The position numbers and the translations under genes are program-made. DNA of 64,000 bases, from positions 266,724,001-266,788,000 of the forward strand of contig CM075977.1 of the NCBI GenBank assembly GCA_038087875.1, read 5' to 3'. Below are positions 63,300 through 64,000 of this stretch, piece by piece. Below the pieces are notes generated by a model, which was not told the DNA's origin, ran no database searches, and saw only the letters and a list, made by a program, of their open reading frames with translations. Position 1 is the stretch's first letter. Every line of letters begins with the position of its first letter. This DNA comes from Malacoraja senta (lineage: Eukaryota).

Positions 63300-64000
63300 C
63301 TAGGTTCCTGAATCTGAACAAAGGCTGTTCTAAGGGTTATAAGGCATGAGTTAGCATTGATAGATAGAGAAACTTTACAATATGTGTTGACAGTAGACAG
63401 ACAATTTTGATTTGTGCGTGAAACTGAAGCACAAGAGATTGAAGGTTATATACTGACAAGGATTGAGAATTATTTGACGGACAAGAAATGGAAATTCAGA
63501 GTAAATTGATGATATTTAAAGAAAGTATACATAAATTACTTCAAATATTTATTCTTTTCTGGCACAAAAATAAGTCAGGAAATTGTTTTTTTTGTCAGGT
63601 TTAGGAGTAAGATTTGATCCTAAAAGATTGCCAGAATATGCAGAAGGCCTCAGGATTGGGAGCAGTTTTATAATTCCAGACAAAAGAAGATTGATAATGA
63701 AAGAGAAGTTGGAATCTGAGAGTTAACTTGCAGGGAGACAAACACATTCTGAAAGCATTTATAAATATGTGAAGAGTAAAAGACTAATGAAGCCAAATAG
63801 AGGTCACCCAGACAGCAGTCAGAATGCAGTAAAATTAAATTTGGAACAAAGAAATGGCAGAACATTTAAACACATAACTGGTTCTATCTCCATAAAGAAG
63901 GATGCAAATAAACTCTCAGATATGTGAGGGAACCTAGGATCTATTGAGTGGGTGGAATAGGTGGAAATGATTGTTAGTAAAGAACTAGTGCAAGAGAAAA
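63300..64000 (+). mobile_element. Degenerate CR1 ORF2 fragments
   Basis: Similar to 5860-6220 (PEDWE.F, FYKYVK.KR, KEMAE.LN.Y). Confidence 0.6.

Overview
Eukaryotic, repeat-rich vertebrate DNA. The repeat inventory (HER1/CR1 LINEs, HE1-like V-SINEs, Penelope tails) points to a cartilaginous fish, probably a skate or ray (inference). The window is mostly intronic or 5' sequence of MARCHF1 (+ strand); only one coding exon is recognisable (56208-56306, MPLQQISVVPAKETSSNGRSS...). The rest is nested mobile elements: CR1, L2, Rex1-like, DIRS1, Tc1, a gag-only Gypsy, a HERO-clade REL retrotransposon, Penelope, Helitrons, Harbinger and hAT MITEs, and SINEs. There are two assembly gaps. Top observation: a ~135-nt retroposon family (3 copies) made of a 53-nt minimal, CPEB3-like HDV-fold ribozyme, a stem-loop and an (AAG)n tail. 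In all three copies the target-site duplication abuts exactly the predicted self-cleavage site. Other highlights: a hammerhead-like core with unusual strand order in the HERO 3' UTR, a 106-bp duplication flanking a tandem HERO insertion, a head-to-tail Helitron junction and a perfect 80-bp palindrome. All RNA folds were derived by eye; no searches were run.
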